From Lama guanicoe (lineage: Eukaryota), in the NCBI GenBank assembly GCA_013239625.1, contig MU054187.1, positions 19,932,897 to 19,996,896 on the forward strand: a stretch of DNA of 64,000 nucleotides, given 5' to 3'. This document shows, piece after piece, positions 12,860 through 26,870 of this stretch; positions within the stretch are counted from its first letter, which is position 1, and each line of letters begins with the position of its first letter. Under the pieces are notes generated by a model that saw nothing but the letters and a program-made list of their open reading frames with translations, had not been told where the DNA came from and searched no databases. The position numbers and the translations under genes are program-made.

Positions 12860-13442
12860 TGATACAGGAAAAAAGAAAATAGGGCAAGAGCGGATAGCCG
12901 TGCCCCAGGTCTCATTTGAGTCCCATGCCAAGTGTGGGTCCTTGGTGGCGTGCAGGAAAGAATTCAAGAGCGAACCACAGTAGATTTATTCAAAAGGATG
13001 CATTCTCCATAGATAGAATCCAGCTGTTTCAGAAGGCAAGAGAAAGGCCACAAGGCGTGGGGTGGGTGTTTGAAGTAAAAGTAGTTACACACTCCATAGA
13101 CAGAGTGCAGTCTGTCTCACTCTGAAGGGAGAGCGGCCGTGAGTTGCGGGGGTTGTTAGTTTTTATGGGCTCAGTAACTTCATATGCTAACAAGGGAGAA
13201 TTATTCCGACTACTTCGGGGAAAGGGGTGGAATTCCCAGGAATTGGGCCATCACCCACCCTTTGACCTTTCATGGTCAGCCTTGAACTTATCCTGGTGCC
13301 TATGGGAGTCTCATTTAGCATGCTATTATATTTCAATGAGTGTATATTGAAGTTCAAGTTCTACTGGGTCTTCCACGTCTTGGTGCTAATTGCTGTGTGA
13401 TTCTTTTAATGGCTGTGCCCTGCCGCCTTCTCTCCTGTCTCA
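12860..13442 (-). mobile_element. ERV1-like solo LTR inserted in an L2
   Basis: TG...CA ends, AGGAAAGAATTCAAGAGCG motif, TTTATT (antisense polyA signal) at ~12985, near-TSD GTAG/GTAA. Confidence 0.75.
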
Positions 13443-14800
13443 GTAAGATCCCTGCTCTCATGACACTTTGTTCTTGTGACATACCGAGAGAATCAACAGG
13501 GAACCTGAAAATAAATTATTCCAGAGAATGGTGATTTTTATGAGAAAAATAAGACATAGTAATGCAAGAGAATAGCTGTGATGTGATGGGCACTTAGAAG
13601 AATATATTTCAGACATGCAACAAGGGTCCGTCCGAGGAGGTGATGTTTCATTCATTTATTCATTCCAATGATTCAGCCACATTTATTGAGCTCTTACTAG
13701 GTCCTGGGTATACATTTGAACAAAGACCTCAGTGATGAGAGGGCCCTGACTATTTGAAAATATGAGGGAATAACCTTCAAGGCTTTTTTTTAACTATAGC
13801 AAAAGCCCTGTGGTGGGAAGAATCTGTACAAGATTGCAGAACAGAGAAAGGTGACCAGTGTGGTTGGAATGTTATGAATGAGGGGGAGTATTTATGGTTG
13901 TGATCCAAAAGGTAGGCGAGAAACCATTTATGTGGGGTCTCTGGGACTGCAATATTGAACTCAGTTTTATTCTGCCAACAGTGGGAAGTCTTTGGAGAGT
14001 TTAAACAGATAAATGATACAATCTATGTGTGCTTTACCATTATTCTAGCTGTGTTTCTAAGGAATGGGATGTAGGCGAGTAAAACTAGAAACTGGAACAC
14101 CAGTTAAAAAATGATTTCAGTAATCCAAGTAAGAAATAATGAAACTTGAGAGGCAGCTGTGGAAAAAAAGCAGTTGTAGATTGGAAATATATTTTGCAGT
14201 TTTGAGCAGGCAAGATTTTCTGAAGGATTGACTCCATGAAGTTAGGAAAAAGGAGAGGTCAGTTTCAGACTTCAGCTGGATGATAGGAGCCACATTAGAC
14301 ATCAGGAAGTTGGGAGAGGAGATTGTATTAGAGTTGGGGTCAGAAGTAAATAGAGTTGTTTTGGGTAAGTTAAGTTTCAAAGTCTGAGTTTAAGGCATCC
14401 ATGGAGATGTACTGTAAGGAGTAAATATCATGGTGTTCAGGGCTGTAAGTCTGGGTATCACAACATTTAGAAGATATCTAAGGCAATAGGACTGCAGGGA
14501 ATCATCTAAGGGGGAATTACAGAAAGAAAAGGAATGTGAACTATACCGTAATTTTAAAGTCAGGAGAAGGAAGTGCATCCAGCAGAAAAAGACGAAGAAG
14601 GAACAGGAGAAGGTGAGGACAAAAAATCAGGTAATTCAGTGTCAGAGAAGCCAAATGAAGAAAATAGTTCAAGAAGGAAGAAGTGTTCAACTTTGTCAAA
14701 TGCTTTAGCAAGATAAAGATGAATAACTGACCGATAAATGTGGTAATTTGGAGGTATTAAATGGCCTTGACAAGAGTTATTTCAGTGGAGTAGTAGTGAT
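13443..14800 (-). mobile_element. L2 LINE fragments
   Basis: TTCATTCATTTATTCATT tail and CATTTATTGAG at ~13650-13690, followed by a purine-rich L2-like body. Confidence 0.65.
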
Positions 14801-15369
14801 TATCATGAAAATCATTTATATATGAAGTTCAGCATTCTACTGATTTTAATTACTTTTCCTTCTCTCAATTTCTTCAAGTGTAAAAGGGTTAAAATGATGC
14901 CTTTATGCTCATGTCACTCTTTCTGCTCATATCATTGGATTATTTTAAGGGTCAAATGACAACACGTGAAAAAAATTAACTTGTACAATTTGCACAAATG
15001 CCCACTTAATATTTAATTTTCTTGTATATGTTTGGAGGTAGATCTATTTTAAGCCAATGCATACTCAATACATGCATCCAATGAAAGGATGCTCATTTCT
15101 GTAAAAAATAAGTTTGATCCAATAAGAATTGCCTCTATGTCATAGATATTTAAGTAGCCGGACTTCAAATACACATGAAAATTTGCAAAAAAAAACCCAA
15201 AACATTATTTTAAAACTAAATGTTGAGCCACACTTTTCAAGGGCGACAGATTTGTACATTATAAAGGCGCTTCCTTAGTTTATTTTCAGAGGTTAACTTA
15301 CTTTCATAAAAACCACGCCTGCTGACATTTCCATGATGACAACCACAACTGAAGTCACCGCAGTAACAG

Positions 15370-15595
15370 TTAACCATTTTCAGGGCGTGGTACATATCAG
15401 GCGCTTTATACATATCTCATTTAATCTTCATAACCATCCTATGATATAAGTAGTCTTACTGTCTGCACTTTACAAGTGAAAAACTGAGTCTCAGAGAAAC
15501 TAAGCAGTTTGTCCAAGAACTACAGATATAGTGTGAGTCAGTTTTTAAAATCAAACCTTTTTTAATCTGTTGTTCTCACTCTTAACGCAATTCCA
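15370..15595 (-). mobile_element. MIR SINE
   Basis: ATCTCATTTAATCTTCATAACCATCCTATGA...TTTACAAGTGAAAAACTGAGTCTCAGAGA MIR core. Confidence 0.8.
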
Positions 15596-16044
15596 CCTTT
15601 TCATTTTGGGGTGTGCTGATAGGTTTAGATACAGTAAGATGAGGGTTCTGGAGTACCTGCGACAAACTTTTCTAGATTTGAGACCAAACCCAAGTTTTGT
15701 TTATTCTAAGAAAAGAACAACTTTACATAGGGAAAAAAGAAGCTAGGAGGTAGGCCAGAACATTGGATCAAGGAGAGTAAGGACTTGAGGTATGGCAAAA
15801 CCATTTGCAAAATGTGGAACTGTACCCCAAACAGAATGTGCATATAAAAGATGGACAGGGGAGATAGCCAGGCCATAGGTAAATAAAACATAATATGTCT
15901 TGCTTGTCAGTTCAGTAAGCAGGAGAGAGTTCTAGGAGTCCCACTTCGGGGATGCTGAAATTTAGGAATAGGGTCTCCATCACTTGGAGTGAGGGACGGA
16001 AAAGAGGAAACTAATATGTATTTGTTTCACGGGCAGCTGGGATT

Positions 16045-16547
16045 TGTTTTAGGCAGGTATGGTAAAACATGCAGATGTGGAAGTGACTGTCACAAAGGAA
16101 AAAGTTTATTATACTGACAGGTCCCAAGAAACAGATGGCAAGGCGCCCAACACAGGTTACACAGGGGAGCAGCAAGGGCGGTCAGAAGGCAGAGGGAGTG
16201 AGGGCATATATGGACAGGGTCCTTTACTGTGGTTTTCTGGGGAAAGAACCTGCAAGACAGGAAAGCAGCATTAGGATTGGCTGGTATGGATAATCACAGC
16301 GGGCCCCAGTGTTCTGGCACCTGGCCCTAGGGTGACTAGGGCAGGTGGATAAGTGGCCTGGAATGTGAGAGGTAGATAAAGAAAGGATTGAGTGCTTCAC
16401 TGGATTTGCATATGAAAGATATGCTCACAGGCAAGTTGTTACCACTGAGAATGAGCTAACCCTGGGAGGGGCAGTCCCTCCCAGGTCAGCAAGACCCCAG
16501 ATGTCAAAGCATCAAAATACGGAAAATAAAAATGCATAATCAATGCA
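16045..16547 (-). mobile_element. ERVL-like solo LTR (MER74/MER77-like) nested in a MIR
   Basis: TG...CA ends, TTTATT at ~16105; MIR-like sequence resumes at 16548. Confidence 0.6.
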
Positions 16548-17289
16548 GTGTTAAGCACTTTTATACGCTGGCACAGACTTGGTGGTGTTTATTTCTCATG
16601 ACAACCTTTAAGGTAAGAATTATGTTTTGATTTTATAAATGATGAAATTTATGTTGGTTGATTGTGGGAAAAGACCCAATACGGGATGAAATCCGGATGG
16701 TATCAGTGTCAGTGCACTAGGTTATCACTATTAAGCGCTGCACCCTACCATTCTGCAGTCACTGCAGGATGTATCTGTGGGTGGTGGAGAGAAAAAGGAC
16801 TAGATGATTTCCGAGGTTTCTCGGTGCCTGGGTTGCTTGGCATAGTCTGATAGGATGTGTAGGAGAGTGGAGACACGAGGAAGCTTATTGTGGCTGTGTG
16901 TACAGGAAGCAGTGTTGAGAAGGAGCTCGTTCGGGAAAGTGTCGTCATAGAGGTGCTAGGCATCCAGGAGAATGAAACCAGTGGTAGGAAGCCTACATTC
17001 TAACTCTCTCTGCACCACTCTGTTGCTGACTAACACCAAGTGAACTCCTGGACTAAGACAGCAAGAACTAAAAACAATTCTAAAGAGCTTGGGGATTCAA
17101 AGTTTAGCAGAAGAACCAATAGTGATAAAATAAAGTGAGAATGGAAAATCATATGTTGAGATAAGCTGTTAATTAATGCTGTAAAGTATTCAATAGATCT
17201 GTATTCAACTGGATATAATTTCATCTAGTGGTAAATTTTCTAAGAAAAGCAGGCTGTCGTTAACCTGAAGAGAATCTGGGTGTTCTTAC

Positions 17290-17779
17290 TGCCGACTGAA
17301 AAAAAGGCACAACCTAAAAGCTGCGAGTTAATGTTTTATTTGGTAGGCATTTCTGAGGACTTAAGCCCGGGAGACAGCCTCTCAGGCCTCTCTAAGGGAC
17401 TGCTCCGAAGAGGCAAGTGAGGAGCCAGGATACGTATGGGTCTTTCCAACAAAGACCAGGTAATAGGAACAACAAAAGATTATTGTTAATTGAAGTCAGA
17501 CATCTCAAGTTAAGGAACTCAGGTGCAGAAGTCTGCGCTTATTGAAATCATTCTTTAATATGCACCTCGCTGTCTAGGGCCAGTGTCCTGTTCTATTCTT
17601 TCACACCCTGAGTTCCCTCAGGGTTCACCCTTAGGGGTGGCAGCAGAGGCCTGGCTGCCTGCTTGCCTGCATCTTGAGCTCCCTTTGCTCACTGTGGGGT
17701 GGGGTGGGATAGTGGCTGATGAGTTGATGGCCGCAGCATCATTGTTTACTGATAAGGCAGGCAACATTTTTTACTCACA
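17290..17779 (-). mobile_element. ERV1-like solo LTR
   Basis: TG...CA ends, TTTATT at ~17335, near-TSD TTAC/TTAT. Confidence 0.75.
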
Positions 17780-20700
17780 TTATTAAACTTAAATATAGAG
17801 ATTTCCATTACTTATCTTTCTCTTTTCTCGGTTCCTATAACACTAGCTAGAGATTACTCATTCTCTAGTAAATGTTCGGGCCATTGTTTATTAATTGTCT
17901 TTTATTGTGTTCCTAATGTTTTTCCTATTTTATAAAAATAGACTGTAAACAACTCAAGATAACAAAAGTTAGGTCTAGATCTCACACAGCATCTAGTAAA
18001 TTCTTGGACATATGGATGCCCAGTAAGTACCAGGAGACAGGAATTTGTTGCTTGAAGGAATTTTAGCGAGCTTCTAATTTAGTCCTTTAGTCTTTCTGAC
18101 AAGGAAGCAATCTTGGGGGGATGAGGTATTCACCCGAGGTCAAGGGTGAGGGAGCGATGGTGCCATGACTCTGTTGCCTGGTTTTCCTCACCATGCCTTC
18201 TGATTAATAGATTGAGTATTCAGTGCTTGCTCTAGCTTTCTTTGGAGTTTACTGGGCTTTAAAAAAAGATATATTTATTTAAATATTTTACAGATTCAAA
18301 TTGCACATAATTATATAAAATGTCTCAGATGATACAGTTTTTAACTAGGCCTTTATTCTGTCATTTGTCATTGATATAGACTATAGGAATAGAATATGTA
18401 TTAAAAATGTCAAGTGTACCAAGATGATGCCATTTTATGTAAGTGCATAATTTAATCATATTTTGGAAGAACTGACAATCCCTATTTCCAAAGGAAGTGA
18501 TTTCTATTTGAGAACATTTTGAGGGGTCTCCAACTGGCATCTCATAACTCAAAACCAGCTTTGTATGTTACCCCAGAGCTGCCGAAGAAGAAGACAAGCT
18601 GATACTCTTTATGGCAACATAGAAAAGACTACGTCAAATGTACAGCTGTCTAACTGCTTCCCCAAGGCACAGTGGAAGCTGCACATTTTATTTCTAACAG
18701 CATGTCCGGAGGCCAAAAACAAACTGCTCACCTTCATTGCAAACATTGACAGAGGTATGATCCAATGTGGGATTAATTGAAAAAAATGTTTGCTTACTAG
18801 AAAACAATATTACTCATAGGGATGCAGGTGATACTATTAAAAATGGTATTTTGCAGCACTAATGTTTGGCAACACCTGTGTTTCTACCCTAATTGTATGT
18901 AGCTCTCAAATTGCCAAACGCTACTCAATCCCTTGTGAAAAGCGGAGAGGAATGTGATACTTTTTTGAAAATTTGAATATCTTATAATTCTACTTACTTC
19001 TCCTTTACAGTTATCTGAGCCTGGTCCCATAGGGCCAAAAATGCTAATTATGAGAAGAAATATATCCTTTATTAGTAACACATTATGTCAACCCTAGCTC
19101 CTATGCTGTAAACAAGTGTGGACTAAGGAAGGAGAGTTAGTGGGAAGCAATAAAAACTGTACCAGAGAGACAGGGTGAAGCAGTACTTTCAAAATTTTCA
19201 TAGCCCAAATTTTTTATGGACCAGAATTCATAGACCAAGTTCAGTTGGGTTTTTCCAAATCCAGTCTTTTCCTAGGGGTGTTGAGATTCTCAGAGAAGGC
19301 AGTAGGTGGGGTGGGGAGTGGTGCAGCTCTGTGAGATAACAGAATTTTAAATTTAAGAAAATCTATCTAAGGTGATGTGGGAAGAGAAATGGAATTTGCT
19401 AGTAAATTGGCTTCAGAAGCCACAGAGACACAGCGCCATTGGACCACTGATGCTTCAGAACTCTGAGGGTCAAAGAAGATAGAGAAGCTGTGGGTATCTG
19501 AGAAGCACAGAAAGTTGGGATCAAGTAAGTGACATGTCTTTCCCATGGGAGACATTCAAGTGGTTTTAAAAATTCAGTGCCATAGTATCAAAGTGGTACA
19601 AAGCTTTTCTAAAAATTGCCATTTGGTGGGGCAAGGGCTTCGATGAGTTGTCTCACCAGCACCCCTTTGGTGCTGGCCCAGAGGCAGCTGTACTAAATTA
19701 AAGCATATGTGGAAGGCGCCTAGCAGTCCATCCTGCAGGCTGTCGGGTTTCATTGTCCCTTTGGAGGTCTGAAAATCTTTAATTCCCACTGCTGTCACCA
19801 TTGTGTGTGGAAGACTCAAGGTCACTTTTGTTACCCCTGATCACTCTGTAATGCTTTGTTCTAAGTGTGGTCCGCTTTGGTACAGGGATACAGGACAGAC
19901 AGGGACATAAACGATATGCAAACATACAGAGAAATGGCAGAGAAATGAAAATCACTTATAAACAACAGCCGTCGGAAGTGATCATTGGTGACTCACTGCA
20001 AAGACCACAGCTCTATTCTATTCCACGTGACAATCCAGAGAAACAAAATTTGGGTTCTCGAATATGGAAGTATTTAATATTTATTGCACACAAGCACCAT
20101 GGAGAGTTTAGTAAATATATGGCAGGATATAGATATTCATATTTCCCCTTTTTTTTTTTTTGGTTACATTAGAAGAATGCAACCATTTCTTTATTTCAGT
20201 ACCTATTTGAAGTATTTGAAGATTAAACCAAAAGTGAATTTATTTTTCTTTATTCAGGTGACTTTTAAAGGCTACTAAGTGTTATTGTCAAAGGATATGA
20301 GAAAAGAGAAGAGTTTATTTAGAAACTGGAAAGTAGAACAGGGTTTGCTGAACAGACAAAACATAGGATGTTTCTCTGGCACAGGAAAATCCCCGCCCCT
20401 GCCCCCTCTTCTCTAATATACATATATGGCTTGAAGACAAAAAATATATAGAGGAGAGTGTTTTCAGAAAGAGTGTTCTCTGACAGATGATTGATCCCAA
20501 GAAAGTTTCCCAGAAAGGAAGGATGCCTGGTATCTGGGGAGAGCCAGGCACAAGGACCTGCAGGGGACCAACGCAGTCATTGTTGAATTTCCTGACTCCA
20601 CATAAGAATTGAGCCATGGCAAACTGTCCTATCTTCACGTGAGCAGACACCGTCCATGGGCTGCCCCCAGCTAGCATCTGTCCTGGAAGTTCCACTTGTC

Positions 20701-21169
20701 AGTGGCTCGTGACACTTACTTCTTCATAATTCAGGGTTCCATAGTGTTTTCACTCAGCAGGGGAGACACTTGTCCTTGCCTTGATTATCTTACTGTTGCT
20801 ACCTCCCCACCCCCTGCATTAGTCGCCCACAAATCCCCAGGACATTTGTAAGTAAAAAACTGGGGGGCTTGAAAACTGTGCTTCCTAGCCACATCCCTGC
20901 ACTTGGGAGACTTGAACTAAATCACCTTAAGACTTTTTCTGGTGTGGTAAATACAGCCATGTTACACTTGCATTCCTTCATGCAATACTTATAATTAGGG
21001 TAAGTTAAGTTATTTTCTTAGGCCAATTTTAAGGAAAATGAAGCTCTGGCTGGTTACACAGCTTGCAGAAAGTAGAGCCATGTGAGAAATCGCATTTAGT
21101 CAACCGCAAGGCCAAGTTTCAGATCATCATTCTCTTCCTTTCCTTTTTTGCACCTTTCTTTCTGTTTCT

Positions 21170-22497
21170 TTTTTTTAAATTTTTTTTTATTGAGTTATAG
21201 TCATTGTACAATGTTGTGTCAAATTCCAGTGTAGAGCACAATTTTTCAGTTATACATGAACATACATATATTCATTGTCACATTTTTTTTCTCTGTGAGC
21301 TACCACAAGATCTTGTATATATTTCCTTGTGCTATACAGTATAAACTTGTTTATCTATTCTACATTTTGAAATCCCAGTCTGTCCCTTCCCACCTCCTGC
21401 CCCCTTGGCAACCACAAGTTTGTATTCTGTGTCTATGAGTCTGTTTCAATTTTGTATTTATGTTCTTTTTTTTTAGATTCCACGTATGAGCGATTTCATA
21501 TGGTATTTTTCTTTCTCTTTCTGGCTTACTTCACTTAGAATGACATTCTCCAGGAACATCCATGTTGCTACAAATGGCGTTATGTTGTCGGTTTTTGTGG
21601 CTTAATAGTATTCCATTGTATAAATATACCACTTCTTCTTTATCCAGTCATCTGTTGATGGACATTTAGGCTGTTTCCATGTCTTGGCTATTGTAAATAG
21701 TGCTGCTATGAACATTGGGGTGCAGGTGTCATTTGGAAGGAGGGTTCCTTCTGGATATATGCCCAGGAGCGAGATGACTGGGTCATACAGTAAATCTATT
21801 CCTAGTCTTTTGAGGAATCTCCATACTGTTTTCCACAGTGGCTGCACCAAACTGCATTCCCACCAGCAGTGTAGGAGGGTTCCCCTTTCTCCACAGCCTC
21901 TCCAGCATTTGTCATTTGTGGGCTTTTGAATGATGGCCATTCTGATTGGTGTGAGGTGATATCTCACTGTAGTTTTGATTTGCATTTCTCTGATAGTTAG
22001 TGATACTGAGCATTTTTTCATGTGCCTATTGATCATTTGTATTTCTTCTTTGGAGAATTGCTTGTTTAGGTCTTCTGCCCATTTTTGGATTGGGTTGTTT
22101 GTTTTTTTCTTATTAAGCGGTATGAGCTGCTTGTATATTCTGGAGGTCAAGCCTTTGTCAGTTTCATTTGCAAAAATTTTCTCCCATTCCGTAGGTTGTC
22201 ATTTTGTTTTACTTTAGTTTCCTTTGCTATGCAGAAGCTTGTAAGTTTCATTAGGTCCCATTTGTTTATTCTTGTTTTTATTTCTATTGCTTGGGTGGAC
22301 TGCCCTAGGAGAACACTTTTGAGATGTATGTCAGATAATTTTTGCCTATATTTTCTTCTAGGAGGTTTATTGTATCTTTTTTTATGTTTAAGTCTTTGAT
22401 CCATTTAGAGTTTATTTTTGTGTATGGTGTAAGGGAGTGTTCTAGCTTCATGGATTTACATGCTGCTGTCCAATTTTCCCAACACCATTTGCTGAAA
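21170..22497 (-). mobile_element. Young 5'-truncated LINE-1 with frameshifted ORF2 C-terminal remnant
   Basis: ORF 21602-22150 ([11 protein letters not shown]...[26 protein letters not shown]...) is the L1 ORF2 cysteine-rich C-terminus; poly-T tail; ~14-bp TSD TTCTTYCTGTTTCT (21156-21169/22498-22511). Confidence 0.95.
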
Positions 22498-25301
22498 TTC
22501 TTCCTGTTTCTATAAGCAAAATACCAAGTTGGTATGCATCACCTTTACTTTTACACCAAGGCCTTCCCCATTGCATTCTGTTTTGCCTCAGTTGACTATA
22601 ATAGGCGTGACCTTACTTCCTCAAGTGACCTTACTCTTACATCCATGAATTGGCCTCCTTGCCAGAACAAAATAGAACTATTTCAAATATTTAATAAATA
22701 TGCTTCCATGCAAGAGTTATGTAATGCATGGTTTATTCATGACAGGCCAGCCTATTTAATCCTGGGTGCCTTGCTGTGAATGTCTGAAGGAGGAGATGGG
22801 AAAGGTAAGACAGAGAAAATATTCATGGCTTAAGAGATTCAAAAGTCTGAGAATGGCCTTAAGTGGCTGATTTAGCTCCCTCCTAAATGGACTCTTTCTA
22901 ACTCACTATCCTGTCAATTAAAGACCCAATCCCATTTACACAGATGTAAGTGCTCTCTGTGAAAACTATTTCAGGTTATTTATTTACAGTCTACTTTAGA
23001 CCTTTCTGAAGTCTGTTTTGATGTCTAATTCATAAAAATCCTAGACTTCTTAATATATTTTGATATTTTATTCTTCCAGTTATATCTAACCATCCTAATA
23101 TGTGGCTAAGAACCATACAGTTATTTTTTTAATCGTGTCTCATGTCTCTCTTTCAATTACATGCATTGGGCAGTATTGAAAACAAGAGAACCATGGTATC
23201 ATCTATCATCAATACTGAAATACTCATTTAAAAATACCTATCTTAGTTCACAATCAATAAACCAGCAAGAGATAAGTTGAAAGAGAGAGTTTCTTCCAAA
23301 GTTTGTAAGCATTGCATGTTAAGGGTAACACACTGGTTTTGTTTTCTATTGTCTGTGTGGTTCGAACTTGAATGTTAAGTGTAGCTATGAGACTAGATTG
23401 AAATGGAGCTTGATCACGTTTGTGAGCTTGAGGGAACTTGCCTTGCAGATGACACCTTCTTGGTAATCACATATGGTCTAAAGTTGTGAAGGGCGTCTGT
23501 AGATCTTGGTGCACAGTTGAATTATTTATTGTAAGTGGTAGTTCTGGTGGTCAAATGAGGTGTCTCACAATTTGTTAATTTCAAACATACTTACTGTTGC
23601 TTTCAATACAAGTCAAGGACAGTTCATATTTTGGGGATACTTTTTTATTTAACACTTCCCTGTTAATTTCCTGTTGTCAGTAGTGGAAAAACAAACTTAA
23701 TTTTTGCTTGCTAGAAAAATCTAGGGTTTCGTTTCACAACATTAAACTGTCAATGTGTCTGAAGTAGGAGAGTTTCACTGAAGAAATCACTCTTTAATCA
23801 AGAAGATGCAATCTGGCCCTTCCTTGAAACAATAGGAAAGTAAAAGTGAAACATAATTGAGTAGAATAACTTGAGTAACATATTTACATATGATTTTATT
23901 CACAAGTCAGACCAAATCATGATCAGCTCTACTGTTTAAGTGGGACAATGGTTTCTTGCAAACTGGGAAGTTACTCAGAGAAGGATAAATAGAATGGAGC
24001 TGCCTCCCCTGTGACCCTCCTCCTGTTTTCATGTTTATTCTTTCTTCTTTATACTGGCACAGTCTAACGCATCCATCCTTTTCACAGGAGTTACTGTGAT
24101 ATGCATTAGACATTCATACGCACATTTGAATGATGAGTCAGGTTCCGAGTTATAATAAAAACCACTTGTAAAGAATTTCTTCCTGATTTGAAATCTTTAA
24201 AACAGCCACAACAGATTAGATTATTTTTAAGGAATGTAAGTTTCGTTTTATGACTTCTTTTTAAATGTTCAAAATTTACTTTATTAGTTATTTTATAGTG
24301 TGTTCTTAATGAATACACTTGTATCAGACCAAGGGGAATGAAGCCCATCACTGAGAAGGCTCTCTAATGAGCCATAGAGAACTACATACGCATTCGACAA
24401 ATGGACCATTAATTGGAAAAAGAACCAAAGTGTGAAGATATAATCCTATAGGATGGAACTTAAAACTCGGATCTGTTTTAAGGCTTTAGAATTTTTGATT
24501 TACTTGTGTGGAGGAAAAGGTGAATGAAAATTTGTTTTCCTCTCTACCTAAAATAAAGCTTTTACATTAAACCATTATTATAACCTGATTTTGAGAAAGA
24601 AATAATTTTTAAGACTTTCATTAATTTAACAAGAACTTTTATCTCCAACTAATACTTTTTTTTAGTTATTTAAGTGGCACATTTCATCGCCCGGGTGGCT
24701 CTCCTCCCACTGCTGGTGCTCAGGGACTCAGGGACTGCTTAAGAAAGATATACTGACTTTAGAAGAAACAACGACATCTCCATCCTCCCATGGCCCTAGA
24801 GCAAACTTGGTAAGAAAAAGGGCCTTCTGTCCATCAACGGGTGATTTAGCCTCCACAGGCCCGAGGGACCGGGCCAAGGCTGGGAGGAGGTGTTAAATCA
24901 GGCCATGCTGCCGCCTGCCACCAGCAGCCTCCACAGGCCCTGGGAAGAGCAGCCTGGGCTGGGCCAACAGCCAGTTCTTCCCAGTCCACCAAACTATCGT
25001 GTGTCCTCACTGCCTCCCCTGATGCTTCTGCCCCCCTAAGGGGGCTTTGTCCCCCAGCCCCATTGGGCCTGCTGGTAGCCCTGCTCAGGTAGCCCTCAGC
25101 AAACAGATGACACCCACCCTTCCTCCCCGACCCAGCTGGGGCCGCCACCAGTCACCCACAAGCACAACCTCTCCCTGCTTTGTAAAAACAAAAGCAAAAG
25201 AAAACACTGAAAGCATATGAGTGAAAAGAGGAGCTATTAGTATTTACATTTGGACCACAGTCATAAACTTGGTCTGTCCTGGACTCACTGGGATACGTGG
25301 C

Positions 25302-25687
25302 TGTATTAGGGTTCTCCAGGGATAACTGTACATGTATTATATAGAAAGAGATTTATTATGAGGAGTTAACTTATCTCTAGTGCCCATGTCCCAGTTCCAC
25401 TCTAGAAGCTGCTGTAAGACCAGGAAGAGCTGATGTCCCAGTTTGCGGGTCTTCAGGCAGGAGAATTCTTTTACTTTGGGAGGGTGTGCGCTTTGTTCTA
25501 TGTACACCTTCAGCTGACTGGATGAGGCCACTCACACTATGGAGGGCAATCTGCATTATCTAGTCCACCAACTTAAATGCTGATCTCATTCAAAACCACA
25601 TTCACAGAAACTCCCAGAATAATGTATGATCAAATACCCGGGCACCCTGTGGCCCAGTCAAGTTGACACATAAAATTCATAATTGCA
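25302..25687 (-). mobile_element. MLT2-type ERVL LTR
   Basis: TGTATTAGGGTTCTCCAG...GGCCCAGTCAAGTTGACACATAAAATT; near 5-bp TSD GTGGC/CTGGC. Confidence 0.85.
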
Positions 25688-26609
25688 CTGGCCATCCAGC
25701 TTCCTTTAATGCAGCAGGTAATTTGCTGTCTCATGTTGAGCCTCTGTCCACAGTGATTTATATGGCATTTTCCTTTACCTTTACTGGAATGAATCTACTC
25801 TCTGCTTTTTCTATACTTGCTCTGAGCTTGGGTCAGAACTTCCCTGACTCCAACCCTGTGACGTTTATTTACCTTTCTCTTCTATGTGTTTAATTTTATG
25901 ATGTCATTTTAAAATGGTGATTTACAAATGCTGATCTGTGGAGGAATGTGGCTTTGGGTTTGGTAAATGGAGGGCTGGAGGCAACAGGTGCATTGTCAGG
26001 CATCACCTTTGCTTCAGCTATGGTACCTCTGCTTTTTTTTCTGTTTCATTGGTATTTATTTCCAGTAAGCTTTTACCTAAGGATAGGCCAGTTGGCTAAA
26101 GTATATCTAAAAGTCATTACATATTTTCCTTAATGATTCTGCGATTTTGTATCAGACAATGCATGAAACTACTGAAATTGTATATACTAATTTGTTTCTT
26201 CATACAGATGTATTTTTCTGACAGGAGAGCACACAAATTTCTCATTTATTTATTTAACTCACAACAAATTACTCCCCATTGCTCAAATGTTATGTGTGAC
26301 ATCTAGTATTTTCAAAAGAGATATGATTTAGAAATTGCATACAAGGTCTTTGAGAGTACTGATAGTTTATAAGTCATTTATTTTGTTTCTATAATAAAAT
26401 GATACTGAAATAATGCAAGGATTCATCAACACCAGAAAACAAAAGAGAAAATAAAGGTTTTCAATCCACATTTAGCAATAGACTTTCCTGCCTTCTTGGT
26501 GGTTTGGCATATTTGTTACATGGAGAATTAAATATCTTCCTGCTCAACAACCTTGTCTGACACTTGACTAAATATAAAAATCATTGGGTCAGATCAGTTT
26601 TAAACAGAA

Positions 26610-26870
26610 ACGTTCTCAGTTTTCTATTGTTGCATAGCAAACATTCCCAACACTTAGTGGCTTAAGATAACAGCATTTATTATTTCCCATGGTCCTTTTG
26701 GTTGACTGGGTGGTTCACTACTGTGTGCAGCATTGGCTGCTTTTAGTTGGCAGCTTGGTCAGGCCACCTTTGTTCTCCATGTGGTACCTTGTCCTCCAGC
26801 GTATTTCCCTGTGTCCTCTCTCTTCAGGAAAATAGCCTAGCATTCCTTATGGCATGGTTGGACAGTGATA
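26610..26870 (-). mobile_element. Old MLT1-type LTR fragment
   Basis: CTATTGTTGCATAGCAAAC...ACTTAGTGGCTTAAGATAACAGCATTTATTATTTC antisense MLT1 3' end. Confidence 0.65.

Noticed and set aside
21602..22404. 182-aa and 85-aa ORFs as a host gene
   Set aside because: They are frameshifted L1 ORF2 C-terminal remnants within a 5'-truncated element.
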